From a virus: a DNA stretch of 64,000 nt. The position numbers and the translations under genes are program-made. The notes beneath the pieces are model-generated. The model saw nothing but the letters and a program-made list of their open reading frames with translations. It searched no databases and was not told the DNA's origin. Numbering within the stretch: the first letter of the stretch is position 1; every line of letters starts with the position of its first letter. This document shows, piece by piece, positions 44,978 through 54,422 of the stretch. The stretch is taken from positions 3,307 through 67,306 of the IMG/VR virus record IMGVR_UViG_3300044645_002216. One strand, 5' to 3'.

Positions 44978-46912
44978 ATGGCTCAGTGGAATATAACTAC
45001 ACAAGATTATTTGAATCAAGAGAGAAGTCTCTTTGAAGTTAATATGATTGCCACAAAAGATGGTAGTCCAGTTTCTTTTGAAAATCCATTTCCAGTATCT
45101 CTTGGAAGTTCAAATATTACAATTAATGGTGATGTAAGTATTGGAGCAACGGTAAATGTTGCAAGCACTCCAGAAAATCCGGTTCATAATCACATCACAG
45201 AAGTTGGGATAAGTAGCATTTTAACTGTTCCATATCTTCCAGTTGGTGTTGGAACAGTAAATCTAAATCTTACATATCTTCCAGTTGGCATTTCTTCATT
45301 ACTGAATACCGTAGCAATATCTAATACAAGTTTTTATATTTCTGGTTTTGGTTCATCGGTTTCAATTTCCAATACTTCATTCTATGTAACTGGAATTGGT
45401 GGTTCAGTATCAATTGCAAATACTGGTTTTTATGTCTTAAATCCAGTCACTTCTGTAACTGTTGGAGGAACTGTTTCTATTGCAAATACAGTATCAATAT
45501 CCAATACTTCCTTCTATGTAATCAATCCAGTAACAACAGTTGCAGTATCAGGTATTGGTTCAACAGTCACAGTTCAGGGAACAGTAGGAATTGGAACAAC
45601 TGGGCAAGTATCACTCAACCTCAATAATTCACCAGTCAGCACTTCAAACCCATTTCCAGTCACTGGAACAGTATCAATTTCTACAACATCATCAGCATCT
45701 GTTACATTTCCACCAATAGCAACTGATGCATTTGGAAGATTAAGAACATCATCCCCACTCACACTTTTTGATAGTTCTCACAGATATAGAGATAACAATC
45801 TTTGGAGTGGTTTAGTTGTTGGTACTGGTTCAACAGTTGGATTTGTAACGGCACAAGGTTTAGTAAATTTAACTGTTGGTGTTGGAAGCACCGCATCAAT
45901 CATCAGAGAAACGACAAAAGTATTTTCATATCAACCAGGAAAATCATTACAGGTATTGAATACATTTGTAATGAACCCAGCAAAAGCAAATCTTCGCCAA
46001 AGAGTAGGATACTTTGGTGCAGATAATGGGATGTATCTGGAACTTGATGGAAGTAATTTATATTTTGTGGAAAGAACTTATGTTACAGGAATTACAACAG
46101 AAACAAGAGTAGCACAAGCAAATTGGAATGTTGATACAATGCTTGGTCCTGGGCATCTTAATCCATCTGGTGTCACATTAGATATTTCCAAAGCACAAAT
46201 TATGTGGATGGATATTGAATGGTTAGGACTTGGAACTGTAAGAATAGGATTTGTAGTTGATGGTAAGTTTATTCATTGCCACTCATTCCATCACGCAAAT
46301 CTTATCAATACAACTTATATCACAACAGCATCATTGCCTTTGAGATATGAGATTGCAAATACTGGAATTACAACTAGTTCAAGCACACTGAAACAAGTTT
46401 GCTCTACTGTCATTTCCGAAGGTGGTTATGAACTTCGTGGATTACAACAGGCAATAGGAACACCAATCACAGCACCAAAAACTCTTACAACTGCTGGGAC
46501 TTTTTATCCTATAGTTAGTTTGAGATTGAAAACTACTGCTTTGGATGCAATTATCATTATGACTGCACTTTCTCTTATGGGAATTGGTAATGGAATTAAT
46601 TATAATTGGCAGGTAAAAGCATCTGGAACTACTACTGGTGGAAGTTGGGTGAGTGCTGGTGCTGATAGTGGTGTTGAATATAACCTCACAGGAACTTCTT
46701 ATGCTGGTGGAAGAATACTTGCGAGTGGATTTTTAAACTCATCAAATCAAGGTTCTCCATCAATTGATATTCTAAAAGAAGCACTATTCAAGTTTCAGTT
46801 AGAAAGAAATAGTTTGACTTCTACACCTTTTGAACTCACACTTCTTGCTACTGCTGCAACTAATGGTGAGCAGATTTTTGCTTCAATGGACTGGGAAGAA
46901 ATTAGTAGGTAA
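44978..46912 (+). CDS. Virion fibre/decoration-like protein with VSISNTSFY repeats
   Basis: V/S/T/G-rich repeat stalk followed by a globular domain starting DAFGRLRTS. Confidence 0.65.
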   Translation: MAQWNITTQDYLNQERSLFEVNMIATKDGSPVSFENPFPVSLGSSNITINGDVSIGATVNVASTPENPVHNHITEVGISSILTVPYLPVGVGTVNLNLTYLPVGISSLLNTVAISNTSFYISGFGSSVSISNTSFYVTGIGGSVSIANTGFYVLNPVTSVTVGGTVSIANTVSISNTSFYVINPVTTVAVSGIGSTVTVQGTVGIGTTGQVSLNLNNSPVSTSNPFPVTGTVSISTTSSASVTFPPIATDAFGRLRTSSPLTLFDSSHRYRDNNLWSGLVVGTGSTVGFVTAQGLVNLTVGVGSTASIIRETTKVFSYQPGKSLQVLNTFVMNPAKANLRQRVGYFGADNGMYLELDGSNLYFVERTYVTGITTETRVAQANWNVDTMLGPGHLNPSGVTLDISKAQIMWMDIEWLGLGTVRIGFVVDGKFIHCHSFHHANLINTTYITTASLPLRYEIANTGITTSSSTLKQVCSTVISEGGYELRGLQQAIGTPITAPKTLTTAGTFYPIVSLRLKTTALDAIIIMTALSLMGIGNGINYNWQVKASGTTTGGSWVSAGADSGVEYNLTGTSYAGGRILASGFLNSSNQGSPSIDILKEALFKFQLERNSLTSTPFELTLLATAATNGEQIFASMDWEEISR

Positions 46913-46921
46913 TTTGGAATT

Positions 46922-46929
46922 TATAAATA
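46922..46929 (+). promoter_or_regulatory. T4-type late promoter
   Basis: TATAAATA. Confidence 0.8.
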
Positions 46930-46952
46930 ACTAAAAGTGTATTGTTAGAATA

Positions 46953-47504
46953 ATGTCTCATAGACCAGTTGGTGCTGGCGCCTCGTTTACATTTAGCGCA
47001 GGAACTGCTACCACATCATCATCATTTTCGGTTCAATCCAGTGTTCTAAGAGTAGTTGCTGTTAATAGTGCTGCCCATGTTCTGATTGGAGGAAATCCTT
47101 CAGCGACAGCAACAGATTATTATGTGCCTTCGGGTGGAACAGCGACACTTGCATTGACTAAAGCATCAAATAGAGTTGTTGGAGTTACTACTGGAGCAAC
47201 CACAGTTGTAACTGTACCTGAAGGAACCCAAGTTCCATTTGCAGTTGGTGATTATGTTTCATTAACTGCTTCTGGTCAGTCATATTATAACTTCACTCAC
47301 CAACAAGTTTTATCTGTTGATACTTCTGCTGGAGTAAATGGATATTTCCAAACTAGAATGACCGTCAGTTATAATTCAAGCGGAATTGTTACAGCATTCT
47401 CATCCCCTGACGCAACCATATCAAACTCAAATAAAGTTTCTGCATTTGGTGCAGGATCTGGAACATTGTATTACCAACAAGTACAAATCTCAGGAGACGC
47501 CTAA
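46953..47504 (+). CDS. Conserved beta-rich virion protein upstream of gp21
   Basis: Late promoter, S/T/V/A-rich composition, position in the head cluster. Confidence 0.7.
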   Translation: MSHRPVGAGASFTFSAGTATTSSSFSVQSSVLRVVAVNSAAHVLIGGNPSATATDYYVPSGGTATLALTKASNRVVGVTTGATTVVTVPEGTQVPFAVGDYVSLTASGQSYYNFTHQQVLSVDTSAGVNGYFQTRMTVSYNSSGIVTAFSSPDATISNSNKVSAFGAGSGTLYYQQVQISGDA

Positions 47505-47505
47505 A

Positions 47506-48153
47506 ATGAAACTAATCAGAGAAGAGATTGAAAAGGTAGAAGTTCTAACCGAAGGTTCTGGAAAGAATCAGAAACTTTATATTCAAGGACCTTTTCTTCA
47601 GGCAGAATGCGTAAACCGTAATGGTCGCATGTATCCCCGTTCCATAATGGAACGGGAAGTAAATCGCTATACTGAACAATATGTGAATAAAGGTCGTGCT
47701 CTTGGTGAGTTAGGTCACCCAGATGGTCCAACTGTAAATCTTGATAGAGTTTCTCACAAGATTGTCTCCCTTACTTGTGAAGGTAATAACTGGATTGGTA
47801 AAGCACAAATCCTTTCAACTCCAATGGGTAAGATTGCAGAATCTTTACTCAAAGATGGAGTAACTCTCGGTGTTTCCTCTCGTGGTATTGGATCACTAAG
47901 AGAAAATAATAAAGGATTTAAAGAAGTTGGTGAAGATTTTATGCTCGCAACTGCTGCTGATATCGTAGCAGATCCTTCTGCCCCTGATGCATTTGTTCAA
48001 GGAATTATGGAAGGTGTTGAGTGGGTATGGAATAATGGAGTTCTAGAGCAAAAAGTTGCTACATTCGAGAAAAAAATTAACACATATGTGGATAAAGGTA
48101 TTCTGGAAGAATACAAATTGAGTCTATTCAATGAGTTTTTAAACTCATTGTAA
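47506..48153 (+). CDS. gp21: Prohead protease gp21
   Basis: NRNGR-x-YP, ALGELGHP, GVSSRG-x-GS, DIVADPSAPDA motifs; true start is MKLIREE at 47506 (AGGAG SD), not the TTG at 47386. Confidence 0.96.
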   Translation: MKLIREEIEKVEVLTEGSGKNQKLYIQGPFLQAECVNRNGRMYPRSIMEREVNRYTEQYVNKGRALGELGHPDGPTVNLDRVSHKIVSLTCEGNNWIGKAQILSTPMGKIAESLLKDGVTLGVSSRGIGSLRENNKGFKEVGEDFMLATAADIVADPSAPDAFVQGIMEGVEWVWNNGVLEQKVATFEKKINTYVDKGILEEYKLSLFNEFLNSL

Positions 48154-48163
48154 TTTATTAAAT

Positions 48164-48171
48164 TATAAATA
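48164..48171 (+). promoter_or_regulatory. T4-type late promoter
   Basis: TATAAATA upstream of gp22. Confidence 0.8.
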
Positions 48172-48209
48172 AATATAGTTTATAACTAAAGGTTAAACGG
48201 AGAGTTCAA

Positions 48210-49370
48210 ATGTCTCGTGGAGATTTACAAGAAATGGAAGTAGGCACTAAGCAATCCCGAACCGCTGTTAATGCTGGCGCTAAAGCAGCGGATCCAATGC
48301 AGCATCTTTCTGGTTCCACACCAGGTCAAACAGCCAGCTGGGAAGATCTTGGTGGCCCAACACCAGAAAACTATAAAGTAGATGATGATTCTGCGAAACT
48401 AAAGACACCTGGCGCAACTCTTAAGCAAGTAAGAGATGTAGTTAACAAGGGTGCTTCTCCTGCGGATGCAATGAAAGCAGTCAAAGAAGAAGAAGAACTA
48501 GAAGATGAAGACTTCATCGAAGAAGAAACTGACGAAGAAATCGTAGAGGCTAAGGAAGAGGAAGAGGAAGAAGAGGGCGGTAAGAAGAAAGGAAAGAAAG
48601 AGGAGGAAGAAGAAGACGAAGAAGACGAAGAAGAAGTGAAAGAAGAATTTAACATCGATGAAGATGTTAATGCTCTTCTATCCGGCGAAGAACTCTCCGA
48701 AGAGTTCCAAGAAAAGGCACGTATTATCTTTGAAGCAGCTATTAATTCAAGAGTTGCTCAAATTCAAGAGACTCTTGAAGAGCAGTATGCTTCTGCTCTC
48801 CTTGAGGAAGTAGAAGAAATTAAGACTGCTCTTTCCGAAAGAGTTGATTCTTATCTCGAGTATGTTGCTGACGAGTGGTTCAATGAGAACGCACTCGCTA
48901 TTGAAAAAGGTCTTAAGACCGAAATGACCGAATCATTCCTCCAAGGAATGAGAGGACTTTTTGAAGAACATTATGTATCAATCCCTGAAGATAAATATGA
49001 TGTGCTTGAGAGCATGGTAGAAAAACTTGATGAAATGGAGACAAAACTCAACGAGCAAATTGAGAAGAACGTTTCACTCAACAAGCGTCTCGCAGAGTCG
49101 GTTGCTGATGGAATCTTTGAACAGGTCTCTGAGGGTCTAGCAGATACTCAGAAAGACAAGCTCGCTTCACTTGCCGAAAGTGTTGAGTTTGAAAGTGAAG
49201 AAGAATATCGTGAAAAACTGGAGACCTTGAAGGAATCATATTTCCCATCAAGAGTGGTTTCTCCTTCTGCAAGAACTGAAAGTCTATCCGAAGGCGTAGA
49301 CAATGCACCAGAATCAATTTCTGGTACCATGTCTGCCTACCTGAAGACCTTATCAGCATTCGGCAAATAA
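48210..49370 (+). CDS. gp22: Prohead core scaffold gp22
   Basis: Acidic coiled coil; LSEEF-x-EKA-x-x-IFEAA, VDSYLEYV motifs; lies between gp21 and gp23. Confidence 0.95.
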   Translation: MSRGDLQEMEVGTKQSRTAVNAGAKAADPMQHLSGSTPGQTASWEDLGGPTPENYKVDDDSAKLKTPGATLKQVRDVVNKGASPADAMKAVKEEEELEDEDFIEEETDEEIVEAKEEEEEEEGGKKKGKKEEEEEDEEDEEEVKEEFNIDEDVNALLSGEELSEEFQEKARIIFEAAINSRVAQIQETLEEQYASALLEEVEEIKTALSERVDSYLEYVADEWFNENALAIEKGLKTEMTESFLQGMRGLFEEHYVSIPEDKYDVLESMVEKLDEMETKLNEQIEKNVSLNKRLAESVADGIFEQVSEGLADTQKDKLASLAESVEFESEEEYREKLETLKESYFPSRVVSPSARTESLSEGVDNAPESISGTMSAYLKTLSAFGK

Positions 49371-49427
49371 TTGAATTTAATATAATTCAAACCCAAAAAA
49401 CGCACTTTAGTAAAAAGGTAAAAGCAA

Positions 49428-50858
49428 ATGTTCCATTCCGAGCATCTGCAGGAAAAGTGGGCACCTCTCCTCGATCATGAGGGTGGAATCAAAGATTCTC
49501 ATCGTAGAGCTGTAACCGCTGTCCTGCTCGAAAACCAAGAAAGATTTTTAAGAGAGCAATCAGCTTTCGATAGTGGTTCCATGAATATGCTCATGGAATC
49601 CCCAACCAACAGCGGTAACGCTGCTGGTGCCCAAGGTGGATTCGGTGGCGGCTCCCTTGCTGGTGGTCCTACCGCAGGTTTCGATCCCGTACTGATTTCA
49701 CTCATCCGTCGTTCAATGCCTAACCTGGTCGCTTATGACCTGGCTGGCGTTCAACCAATGAGTGGTCCTACTGGACTCATCTTCGCAATGCGCTCACGTT
49801 ACACCAATCAGAGTGGAACTGAGGCATTCTACAACGAATCAGACACCACATTCTCCGGCACCGACGCAGGTTTCGATACTACTCTTACCCGCGACTTCGC
49901 TGATGTTAATGCTGGTATTGGTACCACCATTCAGGCTGGTTCAAACCCATCACTCCTCAACCCTGTAGGAACCGCTACCTCAACCGCATATAATGTCGGT
50001 CAGGGTATGCCTACTGGTGATTCAGAGAACCTTGATGGTACCGCAGGTAATGCGTTCAACCAGATGGCTTTCTCAATCGAGAAGGTCACTGTTACCGCTA
50101 AGTCACGCGCTCTGAAGGCTGAGTATTCACTAGAACTCGCTCAGGACCTCAAGGCAATCCACGGTCTGAATGCTGAAGCAGAACTCGCTAACATTCTGTC
50201 TAGCGAAATTCTTGCTGAAATCAACCGTGAAGTCATCAGAACCATCTACAAGGTTGCTGAGCAAGGTGCTGTACAGAACGTAGCAACTCCTGGCGTATTC
50301 GACCTTGACGTTGATTCAAACGGTCGTTGGTCTGTTGAGAAGTTCAAGGGTCTGCTCTTCCAAATCGAGCGTGATGCTAACGCAATCGCACAAAGAACTC
50401 GTCGCGGAAAGGGCAACATCATCATGTGCTCTGCTGACGTTGCTTCAGCACTGACCATGGCTGGTGTTCTCGACTACACCCCTGCACTCAACGCTAACCT
50501 GAACGTTGATGATACCGGCAACACCTTCGCTGGTACCCTCATGGGCAAGTTCCGCGTATACATCGACCCATATGCTGCTAACCTGACCTCAGGTAACGCA
50601 ACTCCTGGTAACCAGTACTACGTTGTAGGTTATAAGGGTTCTTCACCTTATGACGCTGGTCTCTTCTATTGTCCTTATGTTCCTCTCCAAATGGTTCGTG
50701 CCGTTGGTGAGAACAGCTTCCAGCCCAAGATTGGCTTTAAGACCCGTTACGGTCTTGTTGCTAACCCATTCGCTGAAGGCACTGACCAAGGTCTCGGAAG
50801 ACTCCGCGTTAACGCTAACCGCTACTACAGAAGAGTCGCTGTTAAGAACCTCATGTGA
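49428..50858 (+). CDS. gp23: Major capsid protein gp23
   Basis: GVQPMSGPTGLIFAMR, KSRALKAEYSLELAQDLKAIHG, FQPKIGFKTRYG motifs; high-expression codon bias. Confidence 0.99.
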   Translation: MFHSEHLQEKWAPLLDHEGGIKDSHRRAVTAVLLENQERFLREQSAFDSGSMNMLMESPTNSGNAAGAQGGFGGGSLAGGPTAGFDPVLISLIRRSMPNLVAYDLAGVQPMSGPTGLIFAMRSRYTNQSGTEAFYNESDTTFSGTDAGFDTTLTRDFADVNAGIGTTIQAGSNPSLLNPVGTATSTAYNVGQGMPTGDSENLDGTAGNAFNQMAFSIEKVTVTAKSRALKAEYSLELAQDLKAIHGLNAEAELANILSSEILAEINREVIRTIYKVAEQGAVQNVATPGVFDLDVDSNGRWSVEKFKGLLFQIERDANAIAQRTRRGKGNIIMCSADVASALTMAGVLDYTPALNANLNVDDTGNTFAGTLMGKFRVYIDPYAANLTSGNATPGNQYYVVGYKGSSPYDAGLFYCPYVPLQMVRAVGENSFQPKIGFKTRYGLVANPFAEGTDQGLGRLRVNANRYYRRVAVKNLM

Positions 50859-50881
50859 TCTATTTCACATAAATTCATTAG

Positions 50882-50907
50882 AGAGACCCGAAAGGGTCTC
50901 TTTTTTT
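50882..50907 (+). terminator. Rho-independent terminator after gp23
   Basis: AGAGACCC-GAAA-GGGTCTCT followed by a T-run. Confidence 0.92.
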
Positions 50908-50927
50908 ATCTAAATACTTAAAAAACG

Positions 50928-51485
50928 ATGTCTTCCAAACAGATTGAAAATAGAAATTTTCTTTCGTCAGTTAATTTTAAATTATCATTGAACCGAACAC
51001 CTAAGGTTGCTTTCTTTTCCAATCAAGTTTCAATACCAGCAATTTCATTGGGTGTAGCAGTACAACCAAATTACCTGAACGATATACCAGTACCAGGTGA
51101 TAAAATGGTATTTGAGGATTTCACACTGAGATTTTTAGTTGATGAGAATTTGGAAAATTATATGGAAATTCAGAATTGGATAAGAGGTCTTGGATTTCCA
51201 GAGAGTTTGCAGGAAATATATGATTTTCAAAATTCAAACGAATCATTCGAACAACCATTTAAATCAGATTTAAATCTATATTCTGATGGAACTTTGATTG
51301 GATTAAATAGTGGACTTAGATTTAACTTCCAAGTTAAATTCAAATCAATGTTTCCAACATACTTGTCCCCACTAGAATTTGACGCAACAAATACAGATAC
51401 TCAATACTTCACAGCAGATGTAACATTTAAGTATTTGGTGTATAATATCTTAGATAAGAACGGAAATCCATTAACTTCACAATAA
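50928..51485 (+). CDS. gp3: Tail tube terminator/completion protein gp3
   Basis: NRNFLS...PGDK, LRFLVDENLENY motifs; usual position after gp23; CTAAATA at 50910. Confidence 0.88.
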   Translation: MSSKQIENRNFLSSVNFKLSLNRTPKVAFFSNQVSIPAISLGVAVQPNYLNDIPVPGDKMVFEDFTLRFLVDENLENYMEIQNWIRGLGFPESLQEIYDFQNSNESFEQPFKSDLNLYSDGTLIGLNSGLRFNFQVKFKSMFPTYLSPLEFDATNTDTQYFTADVTFKYLVYNILDKNGNPLTSQ

Positions 51486-51498
51486 TTTTTATATAATT

Positions 51499-51936
51499 AT
51501 GAATATTGATTTAGATACAATTCAGTCAATGTGGGAAAAAGATTCTAAAATGGATATTGATAATCTCCACACAGAATCTTTAAATATTCCCATACTTCAC
51601 GCAAAATATTTTGATTTATACAATACTATCAATTTGCTGAAAAAGAAATCTGAGCAGCAAAAGAAAAAGATAAGGCACGAAAAATACGAATACTTTACAG
51701 GGAAAGCAGACCCCGATGTTTACGTGGAGAATCCATTCCCTAAGAAAATTAGAGATAAAGAAACTCTACAGGGATACTTAGACTCTGATGAGAAACTTTC
51801 CCAAGTAGCACTAAAAATTGAATATTATGAAACCCTACTAAACTATATTGAAAGCATTTTGAAAATGATTCAAAACAGAACATATCAAATCAAAAATGCT
51901 ATAGAATTTGTTCGGTTTCAGTCTGGACTGGGGTAA
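51499..51936 (+). CDS. uvsY: Recombination mediator UvsY
   Basis: IPILHAKY, YFTGKA, NRTYQIKNAIEF-x-RF motifs. Confidence 0.92.
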   Translation: MNIDLDTIQSMWEKDSKMDIDNLHTESLNIPILHAKYFDLYNTINLLKKKSEQQKKKIRHEKYEYFTGKADPDVYVENPFPKKIRDKETLQGYLDSDEKLSQVALKIEYYETLLNYIESILKMIQNRTYQIKNAIEFVRFQSGLG

Positions 51937-51963
51937 ATAAATACTCATAGCAATAACAATGTT

Positions 51964-53430
51964 ATGAGTGACGTAATTATTGAAAAGAAAAATGAGGTTT
52001 ACTTAAAGTTAGATTGTGAACCTCATATTTTGTATGAACTTCAACCATACTTCACTTTTGAAGTAGAGTCTGCGAAATTTATGTCCCAGTATAGAAGCAG
52101 GCACTGGGATGGAAAAATTCGTCTACTAAGCACTCATACTGGAGAGATATACGCAGGTCTTCTTCCTAAGGTAATTGATAAGTTGGAAAATCACAATTAC
52201 AAGTATCAATTTAAAGAAAATAAATTTTACGGACAACCATTTGAGATAAACGAAAATATCTCATATGAGGGTGTGAAAGATTATATGAATTCTATTTGTA
52301 CTCATTCTCCACGGGAGTATCAAGTAGAGGGAGTATACGACGCTCTGCGACATAACCGAAAATTGCTGATATCACCCACAGCCTCAGGAAAATCCTTGAT
52401 GATTTATTCCCTTGTACGGTATTACGTAGATAAAGGGCAAAAAATTCTCTTAGTTGTTCCGACGACATCTCTGGTAGAGCAGATGTACAAGGATTTTTTA
52501 GACTATGGTTGGGATGCTGATTCATATTGTCACCGTATCTATTCGGGTAGAGAAAAGACTAATGAATATCCAGTTACAATTACTACTTGGCAATCTGTCT
52601 ATAAATTAGAGCGTTCATTCTTTGAGGGTTATAACGTAATTATAGGAGATGAAGCACATTTGTTCAAGAGCAAATCTCTGATTGAGATTATGACTAAACT
52701 TCATCATGCAAAGTATCGTTTTGGTTTTACTGGAACCCTTGATGGAACACAAACTCACAAGTGGGTTCTGGAAGGATTATTTGGTCCATCATATAAAGTG
52801 ACAAGAACTGATGAGTTGATGAAGCAAGGTCATCTTTCTCAGTTAGATATTCGATGTCTTGTTCTTAAACATCAACCACAGAAGTTTGAAACTTATGAAG
52901 ATGAGATACAATATTTAATCTCTCATGAACAAAGGAATAAGTTTATAACTAATCTCTCTTTAGATTTAAAAGGAAACACCCTGGTTCTTTTTAGTCGTGT
53001 TGAATCACATGGAGCAATACTCTACGAAAAGATAAATAGCAATAAGCGAGATGATCGTAAAGTATTTTTTATTCATGGAGGTGTTGATACTGAACAAAGA
53101 GAATTGGTTAGAGAAATTACGGAAAGAGAGTCTAATGCAATTATCGTTGCTTCTTATGGAACTTTTTCCACAGGTATTAACATCAAAAACTTACATAATG
53201 TGATATTCGCTTCTCCAAGTAAATCTAGAATTAGAAATCTTCAATCTATTGGTAGAGTTCTTAGGAAGGGAAAAAATAAAACAAGAGCAGTACTATATGA
53301 TATCTCAGATGACTGCACATATAACTCGAGAAAAAACTATACTTTAAATCATCTAATTGAAAGAATTAAAACTTATAATGAGGAGAACTTTAATTACGAA
53401 ATAATCACTATACAACTTAAGAAAGCATGA
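51964..53430 (+). CDS. uvsW: SF2 helicase UvsW
   Basis: WDGKIRL, PTASGKS, DEAH, LQSIGRVLR motifs. Confidence 0.96.
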   Translation: MSDVIIEKKNEVYLKLDCEPHILYELQPYFTFEVESAKFMSQYRSRHWDGKIRLLSTHTGEIYAGLLPKVIDKLENHNYKYQFKENKFYGQPFEINENISYEGVKDYMNSICTHSPREYQVEGVYDALRHNRKLLISPTASGKSLMIYSLVRYYVDKGQKILLVVPTTSLVEQMYKDFLDYGWDADSYCHRIYSGREKTNEYPVTITTWQSVYKLERSFFEGYNVIIGDEAHLFKSKSLIEIMTKLHHAKYRFGFTGTLDGTQTHKWVLEGLFGPSYKVTRTDELMKQGHLSQLDIRCLVLKHQPQKFETYEDEIQYLISHEQRNKFITNLSLDLKGNTLVLFSRVESHGAILYEKINSNKRDDRKVFFIHGGVDTEQRELVREITERESNAIIVASYGTFSTGINIKNLHNVIFASPSKSRIRNLQSIGRVLRKGKNKTRAVLYDISDDCTYNSRKNYTLNHLIERIKTYNEENFNYEIITIQLKKA

Positions 53431-53819
53431 TCGAAGAAGATTTTTATTGCACCCTCAAACTAAAAACTGGTGAAGAAATATTCGCTAAAGTAGCAGCTTC
53501 AGAGGAAGAGGATAGAACATTTTTAATTGTATCAAACCCTATTATTGTTTCTGAAATAAAAGGAAGGGGTGGTTCTGTTGGATATAAACTTGAACCATGG
53601 TTAAAAACAACCACCGAAGATATGTTTATTATCAATATAGAAGATGTTATTACTCTTTCCGAATCTTTTGATATTGAAATGATATCTATGTATCAGAATT
53701 ACACTAGAGAATATTCCAGAAAAAAGAATAATGAATCTAAGTTAAGTCGTAAGATGGGATATATCTCTAATGTTAATGATGCTAAAGAGATCTTAGAGAA
53801 GCTTTATAAGAAAAGCTAA
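53427..53819 (+). CDS. Conserved hypothetical protein (possible Sm-like fold)
   Basis: KLKTGEEI motif; usual position between uvsW and gp55. Confidence 0.75.
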   Translation: MIEEDFYCTLKLKTGEEIFAKVAASEEEDRTFLIVSNPIIVSEIKGRGGSVGYKLEPWLKTTTEDMFIINIEDVITLSESFDIEMISMYQNYTREYSRKKNNESKLSRKMGYISNVNDAKEILEKLYKKS

Positions 53820-53848
53820 GTTATAACTTTTCAACCTCGACAAAGGTT

Positions 53849-53877
53849 ATTATACAGAGTTTGAGATACCTTGTCAA
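53849..53877 (-). promoter_or_regulatory. Antisense consensus sigma70 promoter
   Basis: - strand TTGACA (53877-53872), 17 nt, TATAAT (53854-53849). Confidence 0.7.
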
Positions 53878-53899
53878 CCATTTGTTTACGTGGTATAAT
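53871..53899 (+). promoter_or_regulatory. sigma70 promoter for gp55
   Basis: TTGTCA (53871-53876), 17 nt, TGn-TATAAT (53894-53899). Confidence 0.75.
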
Positions 53900-53924
53900 T
53901 TATACATAATAATGATAAAAACTT

Positions 53925-54422
53925 ATGATAACCACAGCAGTCATGACCAAGAGAAAGAGGTCAGAACATTACGTCAACAATAAAGAGTTTCTTGCCGCTC
54001 TAATTAAGTATCGCGAAGATAAAGAAATCGCACAAATTCAAGGAAAACCAAAACCTCCCATTCCTCGCTACATTGGAGAGTGTTTCCTTAAGATTGCCAA
54101 TCACCTTTCCTTCAAACCAAACTTCGTGAACTATATGTTCAAGGAAGATATGATTTCTGATGGTATTGAAAACTGTGTGCAGTATATTCACAACTTCAAT
54201 CCAGAGAAGTCACAAAATCCTTTTGCTTACTTCACTCAAATCATTCACTATGCTTTCCTTCGTCGCATCCAAAGAGAAAAGCGTCAGTTAGAAATCAAAA
54301 ACAAAATCCTAGAGAAATCTGGATATTCTGAAGTATTCAGTAATGATAACAGTGTTGACGGCGACAACTATTCCGATTACAATAGTATCAAGGATGGAGT
54401 CCACAGTAAACTTCGGTATTGA
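53925..54422 (+). CDS. gp55: Late-transcription sigma factor gp55
   Basis: HYVNNKEF, NPFAYFTQI-x-x-x-AFLRRI-x-x-EK motifs. Confidence 0.96.
   Translation: MITTAVMTKRKRSEHYVNNKEFLAALIKYREDKEIAQIQGKPKPPIPRYIGECFLKIANHLSFKPNFVNYMFKEDMISDGIENCVQYIHNFNPEKSQNPFAYFTQIIHYAFLRRIQREKRQLEIKNKILEKSGYSEVFSNDNSVDGDNYSDYNSIKDGVHSKLRY

Noticed and set aside
47386-47505. N-terminal extension of gp21 from a TTG start
   Set aside because: Overlaps the upstream gene; the SD and family N-terminus point to the ATG at 47506.
48480-48650. GAA-rich tract as a DNA repeat element
   Set aside because: It simply encodes the Glu-rich linker of scaffold gp22.
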